Shown piece by piece: positions 35,990 through 47,548 of a DNA stretch of 64,000 nt. Both the position numbers and the translations under genes were made by a program. The stretch comes from Lytechinus pictus (lineage: Eukaryota), in the NCBI RefSeq assembly GCF_037042905.1, contig NC_087253.1:25296001-25360000 (forward strand), in the 5' to 3' direction. The notes beneath the pieces were generated by a model that did not search any database, had not been told where the DNA came from, and worked only from the letters and a program-made list of their open reading frames with translations. The stretch's first letter is position 1, and each line of letters begins with the position of its first letter.

Positions 35990-38900
35990 TTATTTTGCAT
36001 ATTCATGTATATACATTCTTTTTAACTTAGATTTAAATGACGTAATTGTTGTTGAGTATTTAATTCCATCGGGGAGATTATTCCAAATGCGTGGGCCATA
36101 ATGCCTTAATGAATTTAGGAGAATTTGTGTTTTGACCTTGGGATAATGAAAATTATTACTTGAGCGAGTATTGTGACAATGAACGGAATTGTTTATTAAA
36201 AACATACGGGATATATTAAAAGGAATTATGTTATGAATAGTACGAAACATCACAGATGCTATCTATAATTTATGAATATCATATATATTAAGGGTATTGA
36301 GATTAAAAAACAAAGGTCGTGAGGGAGCTCTAAAAGGGGAGTTGGTATATATTCTTAAAATTTTCTTTTGCAATTTATGAAGGGGTTCCAATTTTGTTAT
36401 TCCAGCATTCGCCCAAATAATATTACAATATTGAAGATAGGGTGGGGAAAGACAGTTATATATCATAAATAACACCTTCTGTGGCAAAAAAATTGCGAAG
36501 TTTAAAAAGAATACCAATATTTTTTGAGATTTTATTAGCTAAAATAGAACGGTGGCTGTTGTATGACAGTGTATCATCTAAAGTGATTCCGAGAAACTTG
36601 GTTGTTTTTTAACAATTCAAGAGGATTTGATTCAAAAATATTTTAACATCCGAAATATCATGTTTTATATGTTCTTTACTAATATACATAACAGTTGTCT
36701 TTTCATAATTGATTACTAATTCATTAGCATGGAACCAGTTTATAATCTTAATTAATTCTTCATTTGTATTCTTAATAAGTAAATTAAAATCACAATTGGA
36801 CGCAACTAAATTTGTATCTTCGGCAAAAAGGACAAAATTAAAAAAATGAGAAACATTACATAAATCATTGATATATATCAAGAATAAGAGCGGGCCCAGT
36901 GTGGAGCCCTGGGGGACTCCACAATGGACACTCTCATGATGAGAAACAGCATTATTATAAACAGTATAATGAAAACGATCAGTTAAATGGAAGTGGAAGA
37001 GCCGTGGTGTAGTGGTTCTGACTCTCGCCTTGTAAACAGAGGGTCGTGTGTTCGAATCCCACCGCGGTCTAGCGTCCTTTGGCAAGGCGTTAATCCACAC
37101 TTTGCCACTCAGGTGCTAAATGGGTACCCGGTAGGATGCGAAAGATATTGTATGTTTGATTTTGCCAGCGCCATAATGAGGCTGCGATGAATGCAAGGAA
37201 TGCTCCCCAGGGAGTGGAAATTGTGTACTTTTCGTGCGGGATTGAAATGAATCCAATGACCGGGGTAATAATATGCTGTAACGCGCTTTGAGCCATTCTG
37301 GGAAAAGCGCTTTATAAAAATTGGTTATTATTATTATTATTATTATTATTAAATAATCTTTAAACCATTCAAGGGCAATGCCACGAATACCAAAATGAAA
37401 TAGTTTACCAAGTAAAATATTATGGTTGATAACATCAAAGGCTTTGCTTAAATCGAGAAAAATACCGAGTGTATGTAGATTATTAGCCATATTATTTAGG
37501 AGATGATCATTAAGGTCGATAAGTGCAAGCTCGCATGAGTAATTTGATCTAAAACCGTATTGTGAATTATTTAATAGATTATTTTTATCAATGTGCCGTA
37601 TAAGCCTATTGTACATTAACTTTTCTAAGATTTTGGAAATACTAGGGAATAAAGTGATAGGTCTATAATTTGAAAATATATGCAAGTCCCCTTTCTTAAA
37701 TACTGGAATAATTTTCCCTATTTCCATGTCCTTTGGGAATCTACCTGTTAAAAATGATACATTAAAGATATGTGTTAGGGGTTTTGTTATGAAATAAATT
37801 ACTTTTTTAATAACACACTGACTAATTCCATCAAATCCCATGCTTTTACTTGATTTAAAAATATGTTTTACTATTTCAATAATTTCATGTTCATTTGTAG
37901 GATATAAGAATATAGAATTTTGACATTGGTTTGAGAGATAAGACAAAAAATTATTAGAACGCTGGGGAATATTTGATTGGATATTGGTAGCTTTATTAGC
38001 AAAAATGTATTAAATTCTTCTACGATAATTTGATCATCAGTTATTTTAACACCATCTTTCAGGAAATAAGTGTTTAAATTATGTTTATTTGTAAAAAGAA
38101 CCTCATTAATTATTTTCCACAACTTAGAAAGATTATTTTTATGTTTTTGCAACAAGTTACTATATTATTGTTTTATTGGCCTTTTTTAGAATTAGGTTCA
38201 ATTTATTTCGGTAAGATTTAAACTTCCTTTCAATTGTTTGATTTCTACTTTTGCAAAAACGTTTATATAAATTGTCTTTTTTATGTATGCATTTGAATAA
38301 AGAGTTTGTTATCCATGGCTTGCGTATTTTTTGCTTTGTTTTTGTTCTTATTGATACACAGTTACTGTCGTACGCAGTTTTAAAATAGTGCATGAATTTA
38401 CAATAGGCATTATCAATATCTTTGCATAATACAACTTCATCCCAGGAAATATTAGATAAGTCATTTTTCAGATAATTTAAAGAAGCTGTTTCTGTCTTAT
38501 GTATGGTGGGAGGTATAATATTATTGGTCTTTTGTTCGCAATACAGATTATTTATTTGGAATATGGGGAGATGATCAGTAATGTCGCTGTAGAATATCCC
38601 TGTCTGAATTTGAGAAGTATGTACGTTAGTAATTAATGTTGTCGATTAAAGTTGAAGATTGGGTGGTAATCCGGGTGGGCTTATCTATTAAAGGACGAAT
38701 GAATTATTACATAAAATATTAACAAAATCATTTATGTATTTATTGGAATCAATGTACAGAAAATTTATATTAAAGTCGCCCATAATCATGATAATCTAAA
38801 TGCACTTATTTTCATGCGACAATTTGTCAAGACATTCATCAATATTTTCATTAAAGCCTTTGATATCTACATGAGGATCTCTATATATGACACCAACCAC

Positions 38901-39414
38901 AATATTCTTTCTATGTTGCAATACTATATCGATAAAAAGGGATTCACAATAATAATTTGATAAACATATATCTGATCTTATTTTGACATTAAATGAGTTA
39001 TATGGATTAGCAAGGCAACACCGCCTCCTCTTCGATCGTGTCTGTCACTGTGATAAAAACTGTATCCGTCTAAATTAAACAAGAATGGTGTGTTATTATG
39101 AATCCACGTTTCACTAAAACCATGAATAGAAAATTTTAAATTAAGTTGAGTAATAAAGGAATGAATATCATCAAAATTTCTATATAGACTTCTAGAATTA
39201 AAATGAAGCATACTAAATCTCTCTGTGTTTTCTTCACATATCTGTTTGTTATTATTGAATTCATTACATAACCAATATCTTGATGGATTGTCAAAAACAT
39301 AAAATTGTCATCTGGGTCTAAGTCATCAATATTTTCTTGCTCAATAGATGATACAACATGAGTAAAATCAGTATTATCAATTGCATTACCTGGAGAGGGG
39401 GGACAACTTGACAT
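35990..39414 (-). pseudogene. LINE ORF2 (APE endonuclease + reverse transcriptase), frameshifted
   Basis: DLDPDDNF; HFNSRSL..SETWI..DR..RRGGGVALLI (APE); KPWITN; [48 protein letters not shown] (catalytic FADD mutated); GPRIWNNLP..FKSKLK. Split over many short ORFs. Confidence 0.92.
36989..37348 (+). mobile_element. Full-length tRNA-derived SINE inserted into the LINE RT domain
   Basis: A box tggtgtagtgg, B box gttcgaatcc, core caggtgctaaatgggtacc, L2-like tail gaaaagcgctttataaa + (TTA)n. TSD TTAAAT. Removing it restores EWFKDYL-TDRFHY. Confidence 0.9.
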
Positions 39415-40413
39415 AGTCAAAACACACACACACAAGTACACACACTAGCACATTCAGATAATAAAAACTAAAATGGCAGTATATATTATAAGTATAACAG
39501 ATGAATAAGATGAAGCAATGAATAATATATTCATTAACCTGGATAGCAAATGCATATAATATTAGAAAAAAAAAATACTGGTGACAGACAAGCTGTCTGA
39601 ATGGAATACGTAAACCAGATATATATTAGAACAATCGTAAAACTTGATATTTCATGTTGTAAATGTAAACACAGTGTAAATGACAATCATTCAGTGAAAA
39701 GAGAAAAGAGAGAGAGAAAAAAAATTGCAGCCTATGTTGTGCCTGAAAGCATTGTGTTCTAGCTGTCTAATGAATAATAAAAAATAATAAAAAAATCAGA
39801 TTAAATAACTGTAATAACAAATGTCAATGTCAATAGCATGACAAAGATAAAGATTATAATATAATTGAAAAACAGAAGGAAAACTATGCTCAAGTCAAGA
39901 CTAAAATAACAAAGTTTAAATTACCACTGTCAATATAGCATGACAAGGACAAGTACAACAAGTATAACAAGTTTAAATTACCTATGTTAATATGGCTAAT
40001 ATACCTATGTAAATATAACATGACAAGGAAAAGTATGATATGAAGTGTCACATCAAATAAAGATAAAAAGAAAATGAAAATACGGTGAAGTCAAGTTAAA
40101 CTTGAATGACTTTCATATTGAAATAGGTCAAAATTATTGAGCAATGAATATGAAGAAAAAAATAACAATATATATCAATCCAGAGGTACAGGTCATCATA
40201 GCTGCAAGTCATGATGTCAAAAGAAAAGAAATTTACTGGTCTTTAAAACAAATTGGAGAGTTTGTAGCTCATGTCTGTATAATTTATGACACAAATTTAA
40301 TAATCATAAATAGAAAAAGTATTGATACAGAATAATCATATGACGAATTGGCAATGTTTGATAACTAGCCAATGACAAGGAGGTCTTCTTTCCTGTTTAT
40401 TTGTCTCTTCATA

Positions 40414-43400
40414 TAGTCTGGTAGGGAGATAGGGTTCCCATGCACCCGAATGATATATTTTTTTAACCTACATTTTTGTAATCCGTAAGATGTGTAGTAA
40501 ATGAATTTTGATGTTCCCAAAACGAAATATTGTCCCATGGGGTTCAAATTCAAGATGGCGTCCAAAATGGCCGCCATATTCATGGGATTTGGTTTTTCGT
40601 ACATAGATTCCGACACAAACATTCATTTGCCACAAAATTAGTGTCATATGAAAGATAAATAAATTTTCCACAAGTTGATACTATTCATGGGTGATGAAAA
40701 GCTAATTCGGCTGAGATTTTAATAAGAAAAGTGCAATTTTGAGAATTTTTTCCAAAAAATTGAAAATTGGCAAAATACATGATTTACCATAAATCTAAAG
40801 AAAATTAGGGAATCGCCTCAAAAATTTGTAGAAAACTTTCCTAATATACAAATATTAAGTGGACGAAATTCCAAATTGATATCGTTTTTAGTCACAAACT
40901 TATAATGTCTCAAACTTGAAAATTCAATTTTCAGAAATTTAGCTTTTTTACTGCATATCGGAGACTTGGATATACTAATGTATATTGTCACATTTTCAAC
41001 CCAAAAAATGGAGATAGGCCTTAATAAAATGCGAAATTATATATTATTTTGTTGGTAGAATTTACTACAATCCCTTTATTCTTCGATTTAAAGTCGGTTA
41101 ATAGTTTTTGAAAGAATTAAGACTTTTGGCCAAAATTTGTATGTTTTTGGTTTTAAAAAATGCACATGCACTGTTATTGATCAGATTTATCATGAATGTT
41201 AGTAATAAATTCATAATCTCAACATTCGATATGAAAGAGGATGTATCAACGAGAATATTGGCAGGCTTCATGCCAACATAAGTATCTTCATTTGCTTTAG
41301 AAAGAATGAAAATATGCTGAATGTATTAAGCGATTTTGCGCTAAAGTGATGCCAAAAAGCAACCTCGGTGTGGCAGTCACACCCATGAAAACGATTGCAA
41401 AGTGATGAATGGTATGTCATTCAAATAATACAATAGCTTGGATCAGCCTCTCGCATCGATTGTGTTGGTATGACTAACACACCTTAATGTACAGTATGTA
41501 ATGTGCATCGTAATAGAAATGTATCTGATTCAGAAGGATGTAAAGGCAAAAAAGTGTTTCTGTTACATCATAAAGAATTCATTTAATTAAGTCTTTTGGA
41601 AACAGTTATAAGATACACTAGCACTGTAGGTAATAAAGATGAAGTTCTGACACATCAATATACAACTGAAAGGAACATGTCAAAGCTACCTCCACCTTAT
41701 CTGTATTTTGAATTTATGGCCTGTATTCCAAAATCAGGTTTATTTTCCAACACATTCTAACTCTTTATTAAATTTATGAAGAGCCAAAATTCTGTTTATT
41801 GTATATCTCTTATGTTTACAACTCTGTTCCGTTTGCTTTTATAATGAAGGAAAAACCTCAATTATCATTCTCAGACAACTATGAACCGTTTGGGGGTCAA
41901 TATTAGTGGAATTGGCTCTCCACAGTAAAAGTCATTGGGGGTTATTCTGTCGCCAGTCAAAAAGTGATCATAGGTGAAAACCATAACGTAGTTCAGATGA
42001 CCGAAGATCTGACATGATATCTGATGATCGTTTACCAAAACAAAAGAAATCACGATCAAAATCAAAATGTCGAAAGAACTAACCAATCTGCGAAATAGAC
42101 ACAGCACACGATGCTATCACAGATCATGATCATTATCAGTCTAAAGGCAGTCTATCCAACTTTGCATAATTTGACACAATACACACCAATGGGTCACACA
42201 CAGTTGTAAATTCAGAAGGTACAGTAGCATTTGCTAATGCCCACAGAGTCGGTCAACATAAGCTCTACTTAAGAGTTGACTCACGTGCAAGTACTAACAC
42301 TATCATAGTACGTACGCCAAGGAAATATAAAGTTCAAAGTGGGAATCATTAGTGAAACAAACACCAGTATAAAACTTGAAGCTTATGGTGAGATTCCAAT
42401 TAAATGTAAAGGTACACTTGAAATAAAATGTTACAGTCCGAAATGGTCAACACAGACATTCTATGTACCAGATGTCAAGGTTTCAGCTATCCTTGGGTTG
42501 TAAGGTTGCACTGACCTTGGAATTATCACAATTCACTCAATGTACAATTATGACACACCTACACCTAACCCTAAACCTAAACAAACACCAATCACAAGTG
42601 ATAAGGATCTCGAACAAGCATTTCCAGAGCACTTCGATGCTATTGGTCGTTTCAAAGGAAAAGCGATGCTTCATGTCAAGGACATCGCTAAACCTACCAT
42701 AGACGCACCACGCAAGTGCACTAATTGAGGGACAAGATCAAGATCAACGTGGAGGAACACAACAAGAATATGTACTTGTTCATGGAGACGGCAAGCAAGA
42801 AGACTCAGTGTTCAACAGCTCCAAGTGCACAATCAAGAAAGAAGCTATCAACTTCTTTGGCTCCAAGAGCACTAGATCAGATGTCTACCCAGATCCTAGC
42901 AAGGTAGAAGCCAACACATTACCCAAGTACTATTACCCAAGGACAAAGAGGATGTTCAGAAATGCCTAGTATCGTTCAAATACCTAGCAGCATATGTTCC
43001 TAATTTGTGGGAAAAGTCAGCACCACTTCGATAACTTCTCCACAAGGAAGTACCGTTTATCTGGGACGATGATCATGAACATTCCTTGAACAGCCTGAAA
43101 TGTGCAGTATCATCAGGTGCATGTCTACAGTTCTATGACCCAGAGAGAGAGAGAGAACTGTTGAGATAGATACATCAATGAAAGATCTAGAAGCATGCCT
43201 GCTTCAGGAAGGTAACCTGTTGCGTTTGCATCCCAAGTCTTTCCACTGCACATTCCAACTACTCAAACATAGAGGGAAATCTTAGTCCTAATGTTTGGTA
43301 ACAAACGCTGCTATAATATCTGTTCGCGAAAGAATTTCACAGTCATAATCAATCACAGACCACTGGAAATTATATGGAAAAAAAAACTCTTACAAGTGCA

Positions 43401-46400
43401 GCGCCGCATCTACAGTGATCGCTTATAATCAAAGTCCAAGGAAACGGGTGTCAAATCAATTACCGACCTGAAAACGACATGATTCTTTCCGATCCGTTGA
43501 GTCGACTTCCTAATCCCAAGGAAGCATGCGATGTACCGTCAGGTGTCAGAGTTAAATCCATCTGCTCTGAGGAAAAAGATTCGCATATGCGATCGACTTA
43601 TTACTCTTCGGAAAACACAAGAGGACAGAACTTCAGAGAGAAACGGCTAATGATCCAATTCCCAGATCATTATGACAGATTTGGCCTAAGTTGGCCTGAA
43701 ACAATCCAAGAGTTATTGAAATCCCTTAGGCAGTATTGGTCGTATAGAGATAACATCGGATTATCACATGGAGTACTCTTCACGGGAAGTCAAGTCATCA
43801 TACCGAAGTCACTGAGGAATAATATCCTTGGACAGCTTCACCTAGGACACATGGGAATCGAAAGTACCAGACGACTTGCTCGTGAGACAGAGTTCTTGTC
43901 AAACATCACAACGAGGACATCGACCTGTTGATAAAGCAGAGTGAAACATGCCAGAAACATCAAGCAAGGCAGCATTAGAAAAGAAGTGGAATATCAAGCA
44001 CATTACTTCTTCTCCACACTATCCAAGATCAAACGGATTAGCTCAGAGGATGGTTCGTACAGTCAAGAATCATTTGACAAAATGTTCTCAGACTGGCCAA
44101 GACAGTCAACTAGCAATGAACCTGAGAGCAACACAAGTCGAAAGTAACTTGATATCACCAGCAGAAATGTTATTTGGTAGACCCATCAGAACCACATTAT
44201 CAAGTCACTATTTCTCGAGAGATTCTACTACCACTGATTTTCTCTTGAATAGGCAAGACAATGTGAAGGAAGTGCATTATCGACATGCAAGATCTAATCT
44301 ACCACCTCTGCATGTAGGACAGCCAGTGAGAGTTATACATCCAAGATAACACATTTGGATACCAGCTAAAGCATCCAAAGTCTGTGAGGAACCCAGGTCT
44401 TACGAAGTATCAAAGCCGAGCGGAGGAATCTTGAGAAGGAACAGATCACACGTGAGGAAAATTCCATCCACCATCCCCACTCCAAAGCAGGGCTCGAAAT
44501 TAGCGGTTGCCCGGGTGACATTGGCAACCAAAACTGCCATCATGGTTGCCCGGATGGCAACCAAGAAAATTCCGTGGTTTTTTCTCAAAGAGAATAAAAA
44601 TCTCTTAAATTTTGCAGCAAGCAAAATTGCTTTTCCAGTCAAAAGTTTACAACTTCTGGATCAGGAATATATCTTTAAAGATCACATTGGCACAAAGTTT
44701 TAGCTCAAAAAGATCGCCCAAATCTAGCACATGAGCCTGCCAATGACTTCTAAGATTGACTGCCTGTCTGTCAAATCCTCCATAAGAACCATAAGCTTAC
44801 ATTTTGACATGATACAAGTCAATTGTTGCAAGTTTTAAAATGCAATTTACAGGAGGCCTTTTCCGTGGTACTGATTCGTCACCACATTTTCTACTTTTGA
44901 AAATATTAAATAGATTAATAACACAACCATACACATCTCAATGTTCCAAAAAGACCTTCTCCTTCTTTACATTGGTCAACAGAGGTTTTTCATTTTTGGC
45001 ACTTTAATGTATCAGAATTGTTTAATTCAAATCGTAAAGAATAAAGATAACCCACTCAATTAATTTCTCATAATCAGAATACCCTCAAAACATTTGTAAT
45101 TTGTTTTCCTATGACGTCGAATTGAAAAGTTCTGTTCAGAGTTTTTTGTCAGAATCCAAGATGACCGTCAAGGTGGCGGCCAAGGGACAATATTCAAGTT
45201 TTCAGAAGATCAAAATAAATTCATTCAGTATACGACTCCAAGATTGAAAATGTGTAGGTTAGAAAAAATTATCAATATGTTGAAAAGAGTGGTAAATATA
45301 ATGACAATATAGTACATTTAAGTCTGTAAAATGTAGTAAAAACAACAACTCAATTTCTTAATAATTGTATATTATTATATAGGAAAGTTTTCTAGAAAGT
45401 TTCAAGACAATTCCTTTATTTTCCTTAGATATATGGTAAATCAAGTATTTTGCAAATTTCCATTTTTTGGGGAACAATTTCAAAATGCACTTTTCTTATT
45501 AAGATGTCAGCCGAATTACCTTTGAATTACCTATGAATAATATCAACTTGTAGAAAATTTATTCATCTTTCATATGACACTAATTTTGTGTTCGAAGATA
45601 AACCTGATTTAGGAATACAGGCCATAGATTCAAAATACAGATAAAGTGGGGGTAGCTTCGACATATTCCTTTGAGTTGTGTATTGATGTGTAAGAACTTC
45701 ATCTCTATTACCTGCAGTGCAAGTGTATCTTATAACTGTTTCCAAGAGACTTCATTAAATAAATTTCTTTATAATGTAACAGAAACACCTTTTTTGCCTT
45801 TACATCCTTCTAAATCACATTTCTATTACGATGCACATTACGGTTTGTTAGTCATACCAACACAATCGATGCGAGAGGCTGATCCAAGCTATTGTATTAT
45901 TTGAATGACATGCCATTCATCACTTTGCAATCGTTTTCATGGGTGTGACTGCCACACCGAGGTTGCTTTTTGGCATCACTTTAGCACAAAATCGCTTAAT
46001 ACATTCAGCATATTTTCCTTCTTTCTAAAGCAAATGAAGATACTTATGTTGGCATGAAGCCTGCCAATATTCTCGTTGATACATCCTCTTTCATATCGAA
46101 TGTTGAGATTGTGAATTTATTACTAACATTCATGATAAATTTGATCAATAACAGTGCATGTGCATTTTTAAACCAAAAACATACAAATTTTGGCCAAAAG
46201 TCTTAATTCTTTCAAAAACTATATCAACCGACTTTAAATCAAAGAATAAAGGGAGTGTAGTAAATTCTACCAACAAAATAATATATAATTTCGCATTTTA
46301 TTAAGGCCTATCTCCATTTTCTGGGTTGAAAATGTGACAATATACATTTGTGTATCCAAGTCTCCGATATGCAGTAAAAAAGCTAAATTTCTGAAAATTG

Positions 46401-46911
46401 AATTTTCAAGTTTGAGACATTATAAGTTTGTGACTAAAAACGATATCAATTTGGAATTTCGTCCACTTAATATTTGTATATTAGGAAAGTTTTCTACAAA
46501 TTTTTGAGGCGATTCCCTAATTTTCTTTAGATTTATGGTAAATCATGTATTTTGCCAATTTTCAATTTTTTGGAAAAAATTCTCAAAATTGCACTTTTCT
46601 TATTAAAATCTCAGCCGAATTAGCTTTTCATCACCCATGAATAGTATCAACTTGTGGAAAATTTATTTATCTTTCATATGACACTAATTTTGTGGCAAAT
46701 GAATGTTTGTGTCGGAATCTATGTACGAAAAACCAAATCCCATGAATATGGCGGCCATTTTGGACGCCATCTTGAATTTGAACCCCATGGGACAATTTTT
46801 CGTTTTGGGAACATCAAAATTCATTCACTACACATCTTACGGATTACAAAAATGTAGGTTGAAAAAATATATCATTCGGGTGCATGGGAACCCTATCTCT
46901 CTCCCCTACTA
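40414..46911. mobile_element. 6.5-kb DNA element with ~1.3-kb terminal inverted repeats and TAG...CTA ends (Academ-like), non-autonomous
   Basis: 40420-41750 is nearly the exact reverse complement of 45595-46900, which gives the twin ORFs 40468-40671(-) and 46654-46857(+). Ends TAGTCTGGTAGGGAGATAGGGTTCCC and GGGAACCCTATCTCTCTCCCCTACTA. The superfamily is inferred only from the termini. Confidence 0.7.
41860..44480 (+). pseudogene. Highly degraded Gypsy/Ty3 pol relic (protease, RT remnant, RNase H, integrase)
   Basis: LRVDSRASTNTI (protease-like); FPEHFDAIGRFKG..KPTIDAPRK; MILSDPLSRLP; IIPKSLRNNILGQLHLGHMGIESTRRLARE (IN zinc finger); HITSSPHYPRSNGLAQRMVRTVK; SPAEMLFGRPIRT; PRSYEV..GGILRRNRSH. 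The RT core and IN core are deleted; many stops and frameshifts. Confidence 0.88.
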
Positions 46912-47548
46912 AAGCTGATAGGACATTGGATCCTTGCAGATTACTTGCTTTTGTTGCCTCCCACAGAAGTGAGCGATTAGTCTTTGTTAACTCTTCATGC
47001 AGACTCATTTTTGTGTTCTTTAACTTTCTTCTGTTCATGAGTAGATTTTGACTGTGCTGATACGATGTCAGTTTAATAATGATCGCTCTTGGTTTGATTT
47101 CTCCTTTTTCATTAGGTACAGGTTCATTACGACGTGGTACACGATGACTTCGGTCAATATCACGTAGATGCAGATCGACACCAAGATGTTGCTGTGCTAT
47201 TTCGCAGACTCTTTCACTGGTTTTCTCGTTCTCTTTCTCAGGTACTCCAAACAGACGAATACAGTTTATCCTAGAGTACTGTTCCTGATCGTTGAGCTGT
47301 TTCTCTAACCATCTATTTTTCTCCTCACACTTCTGTTGCTTCTTTTGCAGGTTTGCAAGACTACTCTCGATATTGTTAATCCTATTATGAAGTTCCAGAA
47401 TAGATCCATCTTGTGCATCTAGACGTTTGATAAGTACATCAAACTTGGAGTCTAAGGCTTCCATTATAGCTCCTTTTATGAAGGCCAATACATCATCATC
47501 CTTGAGTGCATCCTTGACAAGATTTTTGGTGGTCCTTGTATTAGCCAT
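46912..47548 (-). pseudogene. LINE ORF1 (coiled coil + RRM-type, L1 ORF1p/Transposase_22-like), truncated by the TIR element; probable C-terminus at 40365-40413
   Basis: Heptad region, then EQYSRINCIRLFGVPE, IDRSHRV, PRAIIIKL, RRKLK..LHEELT. KRQINRKEDLLVIG* resumes beyond the insertion. Confidence 0.88.

Noticed and set aside
40365-40671. Duplicated small 'genes' (also 46654-46912)
   Set aside because: Identical only because they lie in the two arms of the inverted repeat; no protein-like features.
40414-46911. LTR or DIRS retrotransposon with inverted LTRs
   Set aside because: The cargo has DDE-type Gypsy integrase remnants rather than a tyrosine recombinase; the arms are inverted, end in TAG/CTA and look far younger than the pol relic.
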